A DNA stretch of 64,000 bases from an uncultured Thermodesulfobacteriota bacterium (GCA_964566035.1 CAZMHH010000001.1:21130-85129); one strand, 5' to 3'. Counted from the stretch's first letter, positions 9,453 to 19,022 are shown. Notes: generated by a model from the sequence alone, not told the origin. Numbers and translations are program-made.

Positions 9453-10283
9453 TCATCCTTTATAAATAATAGTGCCAACATGTTCTCCCTCAAGGGCTTT
9501 TGTTAAATTACCCTCTTCAAGCCCGTTGATGATCTGAATACTGTCCATGACCTCGCTGTTCATCAGAATATCCAGACAGGGTCTTTCAATAATCAGGTCG
9601 TCGAAATCTCTCTCAATAAGTTCATTGACGCTAATTGTAGGAATAAATTCAGCACTATCATTTTTTTTTGGATCATCAGAATAAAGCCCATTCTCATCTT
9701 TAACCATTATACACTGTTTTGCTCCGATTAAATTGGCAAGCAGAACAGTACCGGCATCGGTGCGGTGTTGAGGAACTCGTCCGTCTTTTGATGGGATTGA
9801 AAAGAAATCATACGGTGGCATGCCCTGCATCACCGGAATGCAGCCCTCTGCAAAATAAGTATAGAGCCTGATAATCTCATGCTCATCTATGCAGATTCCG
9901 CCATGTGTAGAAAGAAGCATCGACAGCAAAAGCGCATTCTGCTCCGACACAGAGCTTCCAAATTTGGCAATCACGCCTGTAGGCATGCCCATTTCAATTC
10001 CGATGGCATAAATATGCCTGCTGCGGGTCCCTCCCCCTGTTGTAATAAGCATCTTGTGCTTCTTTTTGCACTCGGCAATCTCTTTTATAATCTTAGGCAG
10101 TGCCTTAACCCCCCTGTCACAGATGGACTGCCCGCCTATCTTAAGCACTGTCACATCCGGAAACAGTCTCTGCTGTGGCGAATATTCCAAACCCTTGAGG
10201 AAAGTTTTACTGATAAGGCTTTCTCCCATAAGACGGCTCTTAACATGAAGTCGCCGCCCGTCTTTATCTCGAACAAGTGACAT
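9453..10283 (-). CDS. Amino-acid-kinase-fold protein (UMP kinase / molybdenum-storage-protein MosA/MosB-like)
   Basis: VLKIGGQS motif of the amino acid kinase family. Last gene of the Mo/W transporter operon. Confidence 0.55.
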   Translation of the reverse strand: MSLVRDKDGRRLHVKSRLMGESLISKTFLKGLEYSPQQRLFPDVTVLKIGGQSICDRGVKALPKIIKEIAECKKKHKMLITTGGGTRSRHIYAIGIEMGMPTGVIAKFGSSVSEQNALLLSMLLSTHGGICIDEHEIIRLYTYFAEGCIPVMQGMPPYDFFSIPSKDGRVPQHRTDAGTVLLANLIGAKQCIMVKDENGLYSDDPKKNDSAEFIPTISVNELIERDFDDLIIERPCLDILMNSEVMDSIQIINGLEEGNLTKALEGEHVGTIIYKG

Positions 10284-10314
10284 AGTATATTATCCCTATT
10301 GTTAAATAAACGGC

Positions 10315-10527
10315 TTACTTTTCACTGCAGCCGTCCTTAAGCGGCTCTGCTTTCAAAAACACAAGTTCAGCGCCTACTTCCTGTGCAATGGTCTCAATCT
10401 CTTTTTTTCGGAAATGATCCGCATATACCGAAAGATCCACATCGCTTACGGCAACAATCCGGAAACGGGGCTTTTTCTCCCCCTTGTCAACCTTAAGCCT
10501 CTCTCTGTAAAATATTTTTCCTGCCAT
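10315..10527 (-). CDS. Small hypothetical protein (70 aa)
   Basis: Sits in the operon between the kinase-fold gene and the ABC ATPase. No motif recognised. Confidence 0.3.
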   Translation of the reverse strand: MAGKIFYRERLKVDKGEKKPRFRIVAVSDVDLSVYADHFRKKEIETIAQEVGAELVFLKAEPLKDGCSEK

Positions 10528-10683
10528 AACTGTTCACCTTTCCTTTAATAAGGTTTATATAACTGCTTACATATATAGGCTTAAAGTTATATAATGTCAA
10601 CAGAAAATTTAAATAATGATGGGGCATAAGAAATAAAAATTACCCAAAATACGTACTTTGCCTGTTTACATGGACATATTTAT

Positions 10684-11724
10684 CTACATAGCCCAAAGGG
10701 AGCGAAGTTTAAGAATGCCGTGCACCGTCTGCCCCTGCCGGACATTCAGGGCATCAAAGTGCTGCAGTGCCATCTCAACACGCAGGGATTCGGAATCGAC
10801 CTTCAACAACACATGGACAGACTCGCCTGCTATGCTGATATCCGTGATAACCCCTTCAAACCTGTTGATTGGTGGACCAGGGGCTCTACATCCGGAAATA
10901 TATACATCATAGGGAAGAATCGCCACCCGGTTTACGGGTCTGCCTTCATCAGGTATCAGCAGTTTGATTCCTGCCCATTGAACCTCAACCAGTCCGTTAT
11001 CCAGTGATACACAGCTTTTGCATGTCAGCACATTGGGTTTTTCAAGAAACCCCTGCCCATGAGTCATAGGCGCATGCATGACATCCTCTGTTTTCCCGAC
11101 ACTCTCTATCTTCCCCTCATTAATCACTGCGATGCGATCAGCCAGTTCCCGTGCCTCGGCAAGGTCATGGGTGACAAAAAGCGTGGTCACCCCGAGCTTC
11201 TTCTGCTGTTTCTTAAACTCCTGCCGAAGATACCGGGATGTTCTGAAATCCAGCCCTGAAAACGGTTCATCCAGCAGCAAAATTTCAGGCTTGCACGCAA
11301 CCGCCCTGGCAAGCGCAACCCGCTGTTTCTCTCCGCCACTCAGTTTGTCAGGGTAGCGGTTCCGCAGGGATTCTATCCTGAAAAGCGACAAAAGCTCTTC
11401 TGTCCGGGAAAGATTTTCCTTAAGGTTTTTTTTTGTCGGTTTGAGAGCAAGCATCAGATTCTGTTTGACCGTTAAATGGGGAAAAATCAGTTTATCCTGA
11501 AACACATAGCCCACCCTGCGGCGCTGTGCCGGCAGCCGGTCAACCGGTGTGCCGTAAAACAAAACACTGCCGATGTAAGGGGCAAGCCCTGCCACAACAT
11601 TGAGAAGGGTTGTTTTGCCCGCACCCGATGGACCAACCATTACAAGAAGCTCTCTGTCGGCAATCTCGAGACTTACCCTGTTCAGGACATAGTTGCTGAT
11701 CTCTTTAAACATAATTCCGGACAT
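10684..11724 (-). CDS. modC: ABC transporter ATP-binding protein, molybdate/tungstate type (ModC/WtpC-like) with C-terminal MOP/TOBE domain
   Basis: Walker A GPSGAGKTT, ABC signature LSGGEKQRVALAR, Walker B LLLDEP, and a C-terminal about 130 aa TOBE-like domain. Confidence 0.75.
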   Translation of the reverse strand: MSGIMFKEISNYVLNRVSLEIADRELLVMVGPSGAGKTTLLNVVAGLAPYIGSVLFYGTPVDRLPAQRRRVGYVFQDKLIFPHLTVKQNLMLALKPTKKNLKENLSRTEELLSLFRIESLRNRYPDKLSGGEKQRVALARAVACKPEILLLDEPFSGLDFRTSRYLRQEFKKQQKKLGVTTLFVTHDLAEARELADRIAVINEGKIESVGKTEDVMHAPMTHGQGFLEKPNVLTCKSCVSLDNGLVEVQWAGIKLLIPDEGRPVNRVAILPYDVYISGCRAPGPPINRFEGVITDISIAGESVHVLLKVDSESLRVEMALQHFDALNVRQGQTVHGILKLRSLWAM

Positions 11725-12521
11725 TATACCCCTCCAGCAACAGTCAAAGCATTTTTCCTTGATCTGCCCAGCATTTTAATGATTAGCAGGAGAGCAAACC
11801 CGCTCATCAGAAGCAGCCAGGCACATGCCAGCGCCAGTCCCAATTCACCGCTGCTGATATTGAGATATACTGAAACCGGCAGCGTTGCGGTCTTGAAACG
11901 AGTTGCGCCCGCAACCATCAGCGTAGCGCCAAACTCACCCAGCGCCCTTGCCCAGGCAAGCACAGCGCCGGTTAAAATCCCCTGCCATGCCAGAGGCAGG
12001 GTAATATACATGAAAATCTGCCATCTTTCAAGCCCGAGCGTAAGCCCTGCCATTTCATACCGATCGTTCACCCCCTCAAAAGCAACTTTTGAACTTCTGA
12101 TAACAATCGGAAGACAGATAAATGTCTGCGCAACAATTGCCCCGAGCGGTGTAAACACTACATGAATGCCCAGACGAAAAAGACTTCCCCCCAGCCAGTC
12201 CTGTCCGAATAGAAACAGAAGCCCGATACCCGCAACAAGAGGTGTCATAACCAGCGGCAGATCAAGCAGGGTATCAATAACCGGTTTAAACGGAATTTTA
12301 CGCCGAGCCAGTATGTATGCAGACGGAACACCAAGCAGAAGCGATGCAACCACCGCAGCAAGTGATGTCAGCAGGCTGAGTCTTAAAGCAAAAAGGGTCT
12401 CCTTTGAGCTCAATGCCCTAACGATTTCCACAGGAGAAACATGAAACAGGATTGCCGCAAGCACGCCGCAAACAAACAGTGTAGAAACTATTAAAGGAAT
12501 CACTATTAAAAATCGTTTCAT
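11724..12521 (-). CDS. modB: ABC transporter permease, molybdate/tungstate type (ModB-like)
   Basis: Six-TM profile and EAA-like loop (GATRFKTATLPVSV). The stop overlaps the start of the ATPase gene. Confidence 0.7.
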   Translation of the reverse strand: MKRFLIVIPLIVSTLFVCGVLAAILFHVSPVEIVRALSSKETLFALRLSLLTSLAAVVASLLLGVPSAYILARRKIPFKPVIDTLLDLPLVMTPLVAGIGLLFLFGQDWLGGSLFRLGIHVVFTPLGAIVAQTFICLPIVIRSSKVAFEGVNDRYEMAGLTLGLERWQIFMYITLPLAWQGILTGAVLAWARALGEFGATLMVAGATRFKTATLPVSVYLNISSGELGLALACAWLLLMSGFALLLIIKMLGRSRKNALTVAGGV

Positions 12522-12603
12522 AGATCAAAAGTTAGAAGATGTAAGAAACTATATACGGGTTGTAATGTAAAATAAAATACTGCTTGATAATTAAAATACC
12601 CTG

Positions 12604-13326
12604 TTATGCAGACCTGCTGCAAAACCGCTCCCATCCCATGAGATGCGCCGCTCCGGCTATAGTTGTGCCATAAAAAATAGTCGGTTTTGCTGATAAAAAG
12701 CTGGTGATAGTATCATTGACCAGCACGGTTCCGGTAACAAGCAGAATATCCGCCCATTCAACAGCCTCATCTGTTTTTTCAGGTCCCTCGATAGATATTC
12801 CGAATTTTTCTGTCCCGATATTTTGTTTATCCATATCCAGCACCCGGATGTTGAAGATAGATGAGAGAGATTCAATCATTCGGGGCTGAAATCCAATCTG
12901 TGTTATTTTTACAATTCCATAATGCTCGCTGATATATTTGGTCAGAACATTTGCACACTCCTTCGGAGATTCATCCTTACAATGAACCGTGCCTTCTATC
13001 AAGCCCAGACTTCGCAGCACCGCATTCAGCGTTGCCACAAACAGAGCCCTTCTGAAATTGTTTCGAAGCTCCATTTTTAAGACATCATTGATACTCCCGC
13101 TGAAATCTCCATAATGATCGGTAAATGCCTGCCCGAAAGCCCCTTTGAAATCCGCCTGCATCAGGAATTCTTTGCCCTGCTGCAGTGGAAAATCCTTATC
13201 TTCCGGATCACCTATGGCTTCCTTTATTGTCAATGCCCGCGCGGTAACTGTAATATGTTCATCTGAAAGATTATTCCTTAAACACACTTCCCTCAGTTTT
13301 TGTCTCAGTATTTCATAAATATCCAT
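12604..13326 (-). CDS. DUF364/DUF4213-like Rossmann-like domain protein (putative metal-chelation fold)
   Basis: Paralog of 13604..14380 (…ILLVTGTVLVN…). The likely start is the internal MDIYEIL codon, which has a good RBS. The ORF track extends it to 13356. Confidence 0.45.
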   Translation of the reverse strand: MDIYEILRQKLREVCLRNNLSDEHITVTARALTIKEAIGDPEDKDFPLQQGKEFLMQADFKGAFGQAFTDHYGDFSGSINDVLKMELRNNFRRALFVATLNAVLRSLGLIEGTVHCKDESPKECANVLTKYISEHYGIVKITQIGFQPRMIESLSSIFNIRVLDMDKQNIGTEKFGISIEGPEKTDEAVEWADILLVTGTVLVNDTITSFLSAKPTIFYGTTIAGAAHLMGWERFCSRSA

Positions 13327-13339
13327 AAAATTATTTCCC

Positions 13340-13563
13340 TTCAAGTTAGCTCGCAACTGGTAGCTGGTAATGTAATATAACCTTCGGTTTGCTTCGCATG
13401 TAACCCTGGTGAAACAAAATCATAAAAGGTTTCACAGGACAAGCATGATACATAGCTCATAGTTAAATCAAAACCCTATCGTGGTCGTAATCGTAATCGC
13501 TATCGAAATCGGTATCGGTATCGTTTTATAATGTGTTTCGGTGCGCGCGGCGCAACCTACAAC
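13340..13563. repeat. Composite intergenic repeat block (agctcgcaactggtagctggt; atcgtggtcgtaatcgtaatcg… hexamer-periodic run; GC palindrome ggtgcgcgcggcgcaacc)
   Basis: Sub-motifs recur at 18765-18861 (in reverse orientation), at 24463-24495, and at 30686-30703 (ggtgcgcacggcgcac). Confidence 0.5.
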
Positions 13564-13603
13564 TGCATGTTCCATAAAACAGTGCTGAATGGTGCATCAT
13601 TTT

Positions 13604-14380
13604 TTAGTTGCCCTCCAAAACAAGGTTGACCTTTTTAGAATATTTCATAAAAAACCGTGTGCCGCCCGCCTCACTGACCACACGCAGAATCGCAGGAACA
13701 TCATTAGCCACAACACCTGAAAGATGGGTTATCCCCCGTTTTCTGAAAATACCCGGCACCATCGGTGTAGAAGGACCCAAAACCGCCTTGACCCGGCAGC
13801 CGGATGCATAGTCTGCAAGATGATCAAAGCTTTGGTTGACCAGAGAGGTTGCCGTAATAATTACCACAGAACAGGAAGGCAGGAGTTCACCTGCTTTTTC
13901 TTCAGGATAAAGCCCTTCGGCTCTGGAGATGTTCTTTTCAAAAATAATCAACTCGCCTGCCTGCTGCCGGATGACCGGAACAAGTGGTCCGAAGAAACCG
14001 ACCATGCCGACCCGGTCTTGCTTTGTCAGCGAAACTGCATCCAGAAAATCCCCTTGCAGGCTCTTAAAATCCTGCTGCAGTTTCCTTATTTCATCCGGGG
14101 TATTTAACAGCGCATTTGCAGCCGCCAGTCCGACCCCCCTCTCAAGCATCGACGCCGAAGACATATATGGCAACACATCCCGAACCGGGCTTCCGGCAAC
14201 AGGTCTTTTCCCCTGAAATACTGTACACCCTGTTTCCAGCACATCTCGAACCGTGCCGGCAAGCCCGACACTGCCGGTATCAAGCTGCACAGCCGTATAG
14301 CCCAAGCCGATCCGGACATCTGCAACCTTTATATCACTCGCTTTTTCAAGGGCAGCGGCGGTTACGTCTTCAAGGATCAT
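13604..14380 (-). CDS. DUF364/DUF4213-like Rossmann-like domain protein, first gene after riboswitch copy C
   Basis: Likely start MILEDVT at 14380, with RBS AAAGGGGA. Contains a VIITATSLVN Rossmann-like motif. The ORF track extends it to 14476, into the terminator hairpin. Confidence 0.45.
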   Translation of the reverse strand: MILEDVTAAALEKASDIKVADVRIGLGYTAVQLDTGSVGLAGTVRDVLETGCTVFQGKRPVAGSPVRDVLPYMSSASMLERGVGLAAANALLNTPDEIRKLQQDFKSLQGDFLDAVSLTKQDRVGMVGFFGPLVPVIRQQAGELIIFEKNISRAEGLYPEEKAGELLPSCSVVIITATSLVNQSFDHLADYASGCRVKAVLGPSTPMVPGIFRKRGITHLSGVVANDVPAILRVVSEAGGTRFFMKYSKKVNLVLEGN

Positions 14381-14412
14381 ATCTGTTTCCCCTTTTCTAT
14401 TGCTGTAATAAT

Positions 14413-14592
14413 AAACAAAAAAAGCCCCTGCCTTATAAATCTGTGGATGAAAAAGGCAGGGGCTTGGCTTAGGCAAAAACCACTGTTGTTTGAGTCCCTA
14501 TCCAACCACGGGAGGCAAAGCCCTTTCGGGTATTGCCCTGTCGGCTGCATTTCATAGACTATTATAGCCGTTAGAACTGACAGCTTTGGGAG
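14413..14592 (-). promoter_or_regulatory. Candidate riboswitch, copy C (aptamer about 14493-14592, 12-bp terminator 14424-14465 plus U-run) in the leader of the DUF364/ModBC operon
   Basis: The minus strand reads CUCCCAAAGCUG…GCAGCCGACAGGGCAAUACCCGAAAGGGCUUUGCCUCCCGUGGUUGGAUAGGGA. Then comes AGCCCCUGCCUU…AAGGCAGGGGCU followed by U7, 30 nt before the RBS. Confidence 0.55.
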
Positions 14593-14675
14593 TTTTTAAT
14601 CATTTTAATACGCTATTTGATTATAATATGATTATCAACATATATTTAACGCTTGACAGATTCATATTTTTAGCA

Positions 14676-14704
14676 TATTATAATCTAATAATAATTACTT
14701 GTCA
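14676..14704 (-). promoter_or_regulatory. Sigma70 consensus promoter (TTGACA-N17-TATAAT) driving the copy-C leader
   Basis: The reverse complement of 14676-14704 is TTGACAagtaattattattagatTATAAT. Confidence 0.5.
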
Positions 14705-14742
14705 ACTCTATTTGTAGTTTTTTTAAAATTAAAAATAATGCA

Positions 14743-15195
14743 GTGATGAAAACAATCAGAGAAGCGTTACATACTATTAAAAAAATCAGGGGATTTAAAA
14801 CTGACGCTGATCTTGCAGAGGATATGGACATATCACTGAACACCATGAGAAGCTGGATTAGAAACGAATCTATTACAAAACAGATCATTGCCTACTGCGC
14901 AAAACATAACATAAGCATTGATGAAACCCTGCTTGATATCCGCATTTTTAACAAAGACCGCTGCGAGCTTTGCGCTGCAAGACTGCAATGCGATGAATAC
15001 CGCAGAGCCACCAGCAATTCGCTGGTCGTTAACGAGGATATGTTCAGCCCCAAAACAATCCTGATCAACACGCATCTGACGGAAAGTATCTCATGGAAAA
15101 TGTTTCAACAGAATATCCTCAAATCAGAATGTGCCTTTGACCTTGAATTGATAGACAGAATACTGATTGAACTGCATCAGACGACTTTGGATTAG
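14743..15195 (+). CDS. Putative HTH protein (phage CI-repressor-like N-terminal HTH)
   Basis: The N-terminal 60 aa resemble the CI-repressor HTH (…DADLAEDMDISLNTMRSWIRN). Divergent from the riboswitch-C promoter. Confidence 0.35.
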   Translation: MMKTIREALHTIKKIRGFKTDADLAEDMDISLNTMRSWIRNESITKQIIAYCAKHNISIDETLLDIRIFNKDRCELCAARLQCDEYRRATSNSLVVNEDMFSPKTILINTHLTESISWKMFQQNILKSECAFDLELIDRILIELHQTTLD

Positions 15196-15275
15196 TGCGC
15201 TATGAATGGTTTTTTTTTTTTAAATGTATTTTTTTTATATAAACAAAAGTTGATTACATTTATTTCGGAGGCATT

Positions 15276-15878
15276 ATGAAAAAAGAGTTGTTTATTTTAG
15301 CGATAATATGGTCCTTGTTATTTGCAATGGGCTGCGATCCCACCTATACTGACACCAGGGACGGACAGGTCTATAAAACTGTAAAAATAGGAAGTCAATG
15401 GTGGATGGCTGAAAACATGAATTACGAAATGGATAACAGTTGGTGCTTTGAAGACGAACAGGGTAACTGCGACACCTATGGCAGGTTATATGCGTTTGAA
15501 ACAGCGCTCACTGCATGCCCTTCAGGATGGCGTCTGCCAGACAATAAAGACTGGAACATCCTAATCGACTATCTGGGAGCCATAGAAACTGCGGGCGGCA
15601 GGATGAAGGCTACAGGAACCCTTCAGGATAGCTCCGGTTACTGGCTAAAACCGAATACAGGAGCCACAAATGAAAGCGGATTTTCAGGTTTGCCGGGTGG
15701 CTCACGCAGCGGCTTTGGACATTTCAACCGGTTGGGAAGCGACGGCTACTGGTGGAGCGCTACAGACAACCAGGGGGGTAGCGCCATACTGTGGCGGCTG
15801 AGTAACAGAAGCAGCAGCATATCCGAGGACAGCTACCTGAAACAATACGGACTTTCTGTGCGCTGCATCAGGAATTAA
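15276..15878 (+). CDS. Lipoprotein with FISUMP domain (paralog of 2736 and 19023)
   Basis: Lipobox LLFAMGC and YGRLYAFETA..CPSGWRLP motifs. Confidence 0.6.
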   Translation: MKKELFILAIIWSLLFAMGCDPTYTDTRDGQVYKTVKIGSQWWMAENMNYEMDNSWCFEDEQGNCDTYGRLYAFETALTACPSGWRLPDNKDWNILIDYLGAIETAGGRMKATGTLQDSSGYWLKPNTGATNESGFSGLPGGSRSGFGHFNRLGSDGYWWSATDNQGGSAILWRLSNRSSSISEDSYLKQYGLSVRCIRN

Positions 15879-15928
15879 GAACAATTATTGTTAGTGGTTT
15901 ATGTTCAATGAGTTATGATTGAAACCGG

Positions 15929-16744
15929 TTAATGCTTATTTTGTCCAAGCCTCAAAAAACCGAAACTTTCAAACACTGCAACCGCTTCTTCTGATGCAAG
16001 ATACTCCTGCAATGCAGTGGCGGCGTCAATATTTTTTGTAGCTGAAAGCACGGCAGCCGGCACAATCTCTTCATCATAATATTTATCAGCAATCACAATC
16101 ATTGCTACACTCTCACTGAACTGAAAAGCGTCTGCTCGTCCAACAATGGAAGCATCCACAACGCCTTGAGAAACGTACATTGCAAGCTGTTTTACCGTCG
16201 CGCCGTAAACGACAACATTAGCCTCAACCCCCTCCATAATCCCAGCCCGCTGAAGAATGGTCTGAGCAGTTTTCCCAAACGCCATCGCTTGAGAATCACC
16301 CAGCGCCAGTCTAAGTCCGGGCTTTGCCAGATCATGTAGAGATTTAATCTCCCCCTCTTTTGATCTGTTTACAGCAATGACCGGCGTATGCGAAACAACA
16401 GGTTTCCAGCTCACAATTTTGCCCTGCTCATCTAACTGCTGTATATAGATAAATGAACCCGGCAGAAAAACATCACCTGTGCCGGAAACGGTTATTTTTG
16501 TCATCAGTTTCCCGCTCCCGGCATAATCCACTATAACAACGTGCCCTGTTTTTTTCTGAAAAATCTCCATAAGCCGGTCAACCGGATGTCTCAGCCCAGC
16601 CCCGGCATACAGGCGCAACTCCGCGGCAACAGAAGCTGTCGCATTAACCGACAGGTAAAGCATCAAAAGGGCGCAAACACCGGTTAAAATGAATCTTGTC
16701 ATAGGGGCAGCGCCCGACTGTTTTTTTCTAATTTTATTTCTCAT
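15929..16744 (-). CDS. modA: Molybdate/tungstate ABC transporter periplasmic binding protein (ModA/WtpA-like)
   Basis: Signal peptide and PBP type-2 fold motifs (YAGSGKL, GDVFLPG). The likely start is MRNKIRKK with RBS GGAGGA. The ORF track extends it to 16822, overlapping the porin gene. Confidence 0.6.
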   Translation of the reverse strand: MRNKIRKKQSGAAPMTRFILTGVCALLMLYLSVNATASVAAELRLYAGAGLRHPVDRLMEIFQKKTGHVVIVDYAGSGKLMTKITVSGTGDVFLPGSFIYIQQLDEQGKIVSWKPVVSHTPVIAVNRSKEGEIKSLHDLAKPGLRLALGDSQAMAFGKTAQTILQRAGIMEGVEANVVVYGATVKQLAMYVSQGVVDASIVGRADAFQFSESVAMIVIADKYYDEEIVPAAVLSATKNIDAATALQEYLASEEAVAVFESFGFLRLGQNKH

Positions 16745-16776
16745 AGAATACTGTCCTCCATCGTTTACTTGTTCTA

Positions 16777-18216
16777 TCACAGGAGCCCTTTGCTGAACCG
16801 GTATTCCCACTGAACAAAGCACCAGTTTGCCGGTCGATTGGACGCCATTGTTTTGGCAAACGTATCAGGCCAAAACCGCCCGAATCCTGCCATGACCCTG
16901 TTGCCGTACGGCAGTCTGAGCGTTGCGACAACATCAAACTCTTTGCCCACGCTTTTTCCGCTGCTGCCCGTCCTGTCCCGGTATATCTGCTGGTTCAGGT
17001 ACCAGGCATCCTTCCGTTCAGCAAGCATAAACTTATGAAATTCAAATTTTATATCAAGCCACGATGCCGGACTGAGCTCAATATTTGCCTGCAAATCCTG
17101 AAGGTTCATCCAGTGAAACAGATTCATCCTGCCATACATCTGATCCCTTGCGCCAAAGGCGCCATGAAAGGTTCGGCACACCCCGTCATCGGGATTGTCA
17201 TCTCCTGAAGCGTAACTGTATTCTATGCTCAACCGGGGGTTAAACCTCATCGGAAGATTGTATGCCAACATCAGGTGATAACCGTATGCCCTCAGGTTGT
17301 CTTTTGCGAAATCGCCCCGTTCCTGAAGCAGTGTCGCGTCAAAATCAAAACGCTTGATATTTTTGCCGGAAATTCTCACCCCCGCATACCATGAATCAAG
17401 TGCGCCCTGCTTTCGATAAGTAACACGGCTGCCGTCGGGCTGAAGATAGTAACCCTGCTTTTCCCCCCTGTAACGTCGATGATGGTCTCTTTTGGTAAAC
17501 ACCATCGGTTCGACCGATATCTCAAAGGTTTTCTGTAGAACATCATACCTGGCATAAAGACCGATGCTCTCAAATTCATGTCGATGCCTCAGACTGAACC
17601 TTTGGACATCATGGAGCATATTGCGGCCGTAATAGATATCAACAAACCCCCGCTGATGCTTCCATGATATCTTGGCGGCATCCCAAATATAACGCCCTGA
17701 ATTGCCCCACTGACCGGGCCCAAACACCCGGTTGTTGCCGTAGGCGATTAACTGTCTGCCTATTTTAAAACCAAGCCCTGCATCAAATAGATTTTTAACC
17801 TCGATAAATGTCGTATAGAGTTCCCAGTAATCCTTGTTCGGGTTGTTCTCAAATTGATGGGTATTGTTGTAAAACGCTGAATCCGGCAGTGCGCTGCCCC
17901 AGCAGGTGGAATGCTGTCCCCACAGGGCAATATGTATTTTATCGGTCGGATACCAGTCCACCCCCGCCCTGAAGCGTCCCAGCAGAAAACCGTCATCAGT
18001 TTTTCCCCTTGCAGGTCTTTCCCCGTAGTATTTCTGATTGAAATTATCATAAAATTCATACCTCAGCCGGAGATTTGAACTAAATGTGAGTCTCTTTTTT
18101 TCTGTTTCGCATGCGGACTGCTGTTTTGCCTGAAGCAAAGATGAACAGAGCAGCAACATGGCCATTAAAAAAATTACTGAACAGATTTTTTTTACTATAT
18201 TACATTGTGCCTTCAT
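16777..18216 (-). CDS. Outer-membrane beta-barrel porin (alginate-export/putative porin-like), first gene after riboswitch copy D
   Basis: Signal peptide, alternating amphipathic strands, and a C-terminal …RFSKGLL. Immediately upstream of modA-like. Confidence 0.5.
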   Translation of the reverse strand: MKAQCNIVKKICSVIFLMAMLLLCSSLLQAKQQSACETEKKRLTFSSNLRLRYEFYDNFNQKYYGERPARGKTDDGFLLGRFRAGVDWYPTDKIHIALWGQHSTCWGSALPDSAFYNNTHQFENNPNKDYWELYTTFIEVKNLFDAGLGFKIGRQLIAYGNNRVFGPGQWGNSGRYIWDAAKISWKHQRGFVDIYYGRNMLHDVQRFSLRHRHEFESIGLYARYDVLQKTFEISVEPMVFTKRDHHRRYRGEKQGYYLQPDGSRVTYRKQGALDSWYAGVRISGKNIKRFDFDATLLQERGDFAKDNLRAYGYHLMLAYNLPMRFNPRLSIEYSYASGDDNPDDGVCRTFHGAFGARDQMYGRMNLFHWMNLQDLQANIELSPASWLDIKFEFHKFMLAERKDAWYLNQQIYRDRTGSSGKSVGKEFDVVATLRLPYGNRVMAGFGRFWPDTFAKTMASNRPANWCFVQWEYRFSKGLL

Positions 18217-18240
18217 ATTTTTCCTTTATCTTGCCAGATA

Positions 18241-18410
18241 TAAAAAAAAACGCTGCCTTATCTATCGGTGGAAGAACATGGCAACGGCTTTAATAAAAAC
18301 CCCTGTTGCGTGAATCCCTATCCAACCACGGGAGGCAAAGCCCTTTCGGACAAAGCCCTGTCGGCTGCTCCTCATGGGCTGTTATGACCGTTAGAAGAAA
18401 ACAGCTTCAG
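18241..18410 (-). promoter_or_regulatory. Candidate riboswitch, copy D (aptamer about 18313-18410, terminator 18251-18287 plus U9) in the leader of the porin/modA unit
   Basis: Nearly identical to copy C through the CCGACAGGGCUUUGUCCGAAAGGGCUUUGCCUCCCGUGGUUGGAUAGGGA core. A 7-bp stem and U9 lie just before RBS AAAGGAAAAAU-ATG. Confidence 0.55.
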
Positions 18411-18505
18411 AACCTACAATCAGTTTATGCTACTAAAGTATTATATTTTGACTATTAATATCCATATAAAATTCCATTCAGTCACATTATGCTAAATTGT
18501 AATCT

Positions 18506-18534
18506 AATATTAATCACCTGTCAACTCTTTTTTT
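18506..18534 (-). promoter_or_regulatory. Sigma70-like promoter (TTGACA-N17-TACAAT) driving the copy-D leader
   Basis: The reverse complement is TTGACAggtgattaatattagatTACAAT. It lies in the same position as the copy-C promoter within the 250-bp duplicated block. Confidence 0.45.
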
Positions 18535-18834
18535 GAAAATAATTGAAATTGATTTATTTAATTGATCTTCCTGCTGGATACAGGTAACATTGCGCCGATT
18601 GAATTGATTTAAAACGAGGGCAATTTTAGTGACTTAAAAGTTATTTTTTTGCATTATCTGGCAAAAAATATTTCAGTGGAGGGAAATAGCCTTGAAAACA
18701 GGAGACAGAAGTCAGAGGTCAGCTTTCAGGTATCAGCAAAAAACAGGAGTCAGAGCAATAGCAAAAACCGACTACGATCACGACCACGAAAGGGTTTTGC
18801 TGACAACTGATACCTGACAGCTGCTTATTGCTAC

Positions 18835-18885
18835 CAGCTAACCCGGGCATTGTATTGGTTCCGGCTTGTCCGGTTTGGGTTTTAA
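18835..18885. repeat. Short structured intergenic repeat ('R element': cccgg.ca…ttggttccggNttgtccggtt), copy 1 of 3
   Basis: Shares about 45 nt with 24518-24562 and 30915-30958. Contains the internal palindrome CCGGAC…GTCCGG. Confidence 0.5.
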
Positions 18886-19022
18886 GTTTTAGGTTAAATT
18901 TTAAGATTGATAACAGAAAAGAATGGGTTAGAAGATTCTTTTGCTTTGAGTTTTTTTGGTTTTTTTCATCTTTTATGCTTGTATGCTTTTGTGCTTTCAA
19001 ATTAGAGGGTGTCCAGGATTAA

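Noticed and set aside
13445-13495. A hexamer-periodic atcg… run considered as a possible CRISPR or microsatellite
   Set aside because: The units are only about 6 nt and degenerate. There are no spacers, no repeat-spacer periodicity of 28-37 nt, and no cas genes. It is better described as part of the composite intergenic repeat.
18719-19000. A 93-aa ORF in the spacer after the copy-D block
   Set aside because: It is low-complexity (K/N-rich), lies in a repeat-rich spacer, has no RBS, and overlaps the R-element repeat. It is probably non-coding.
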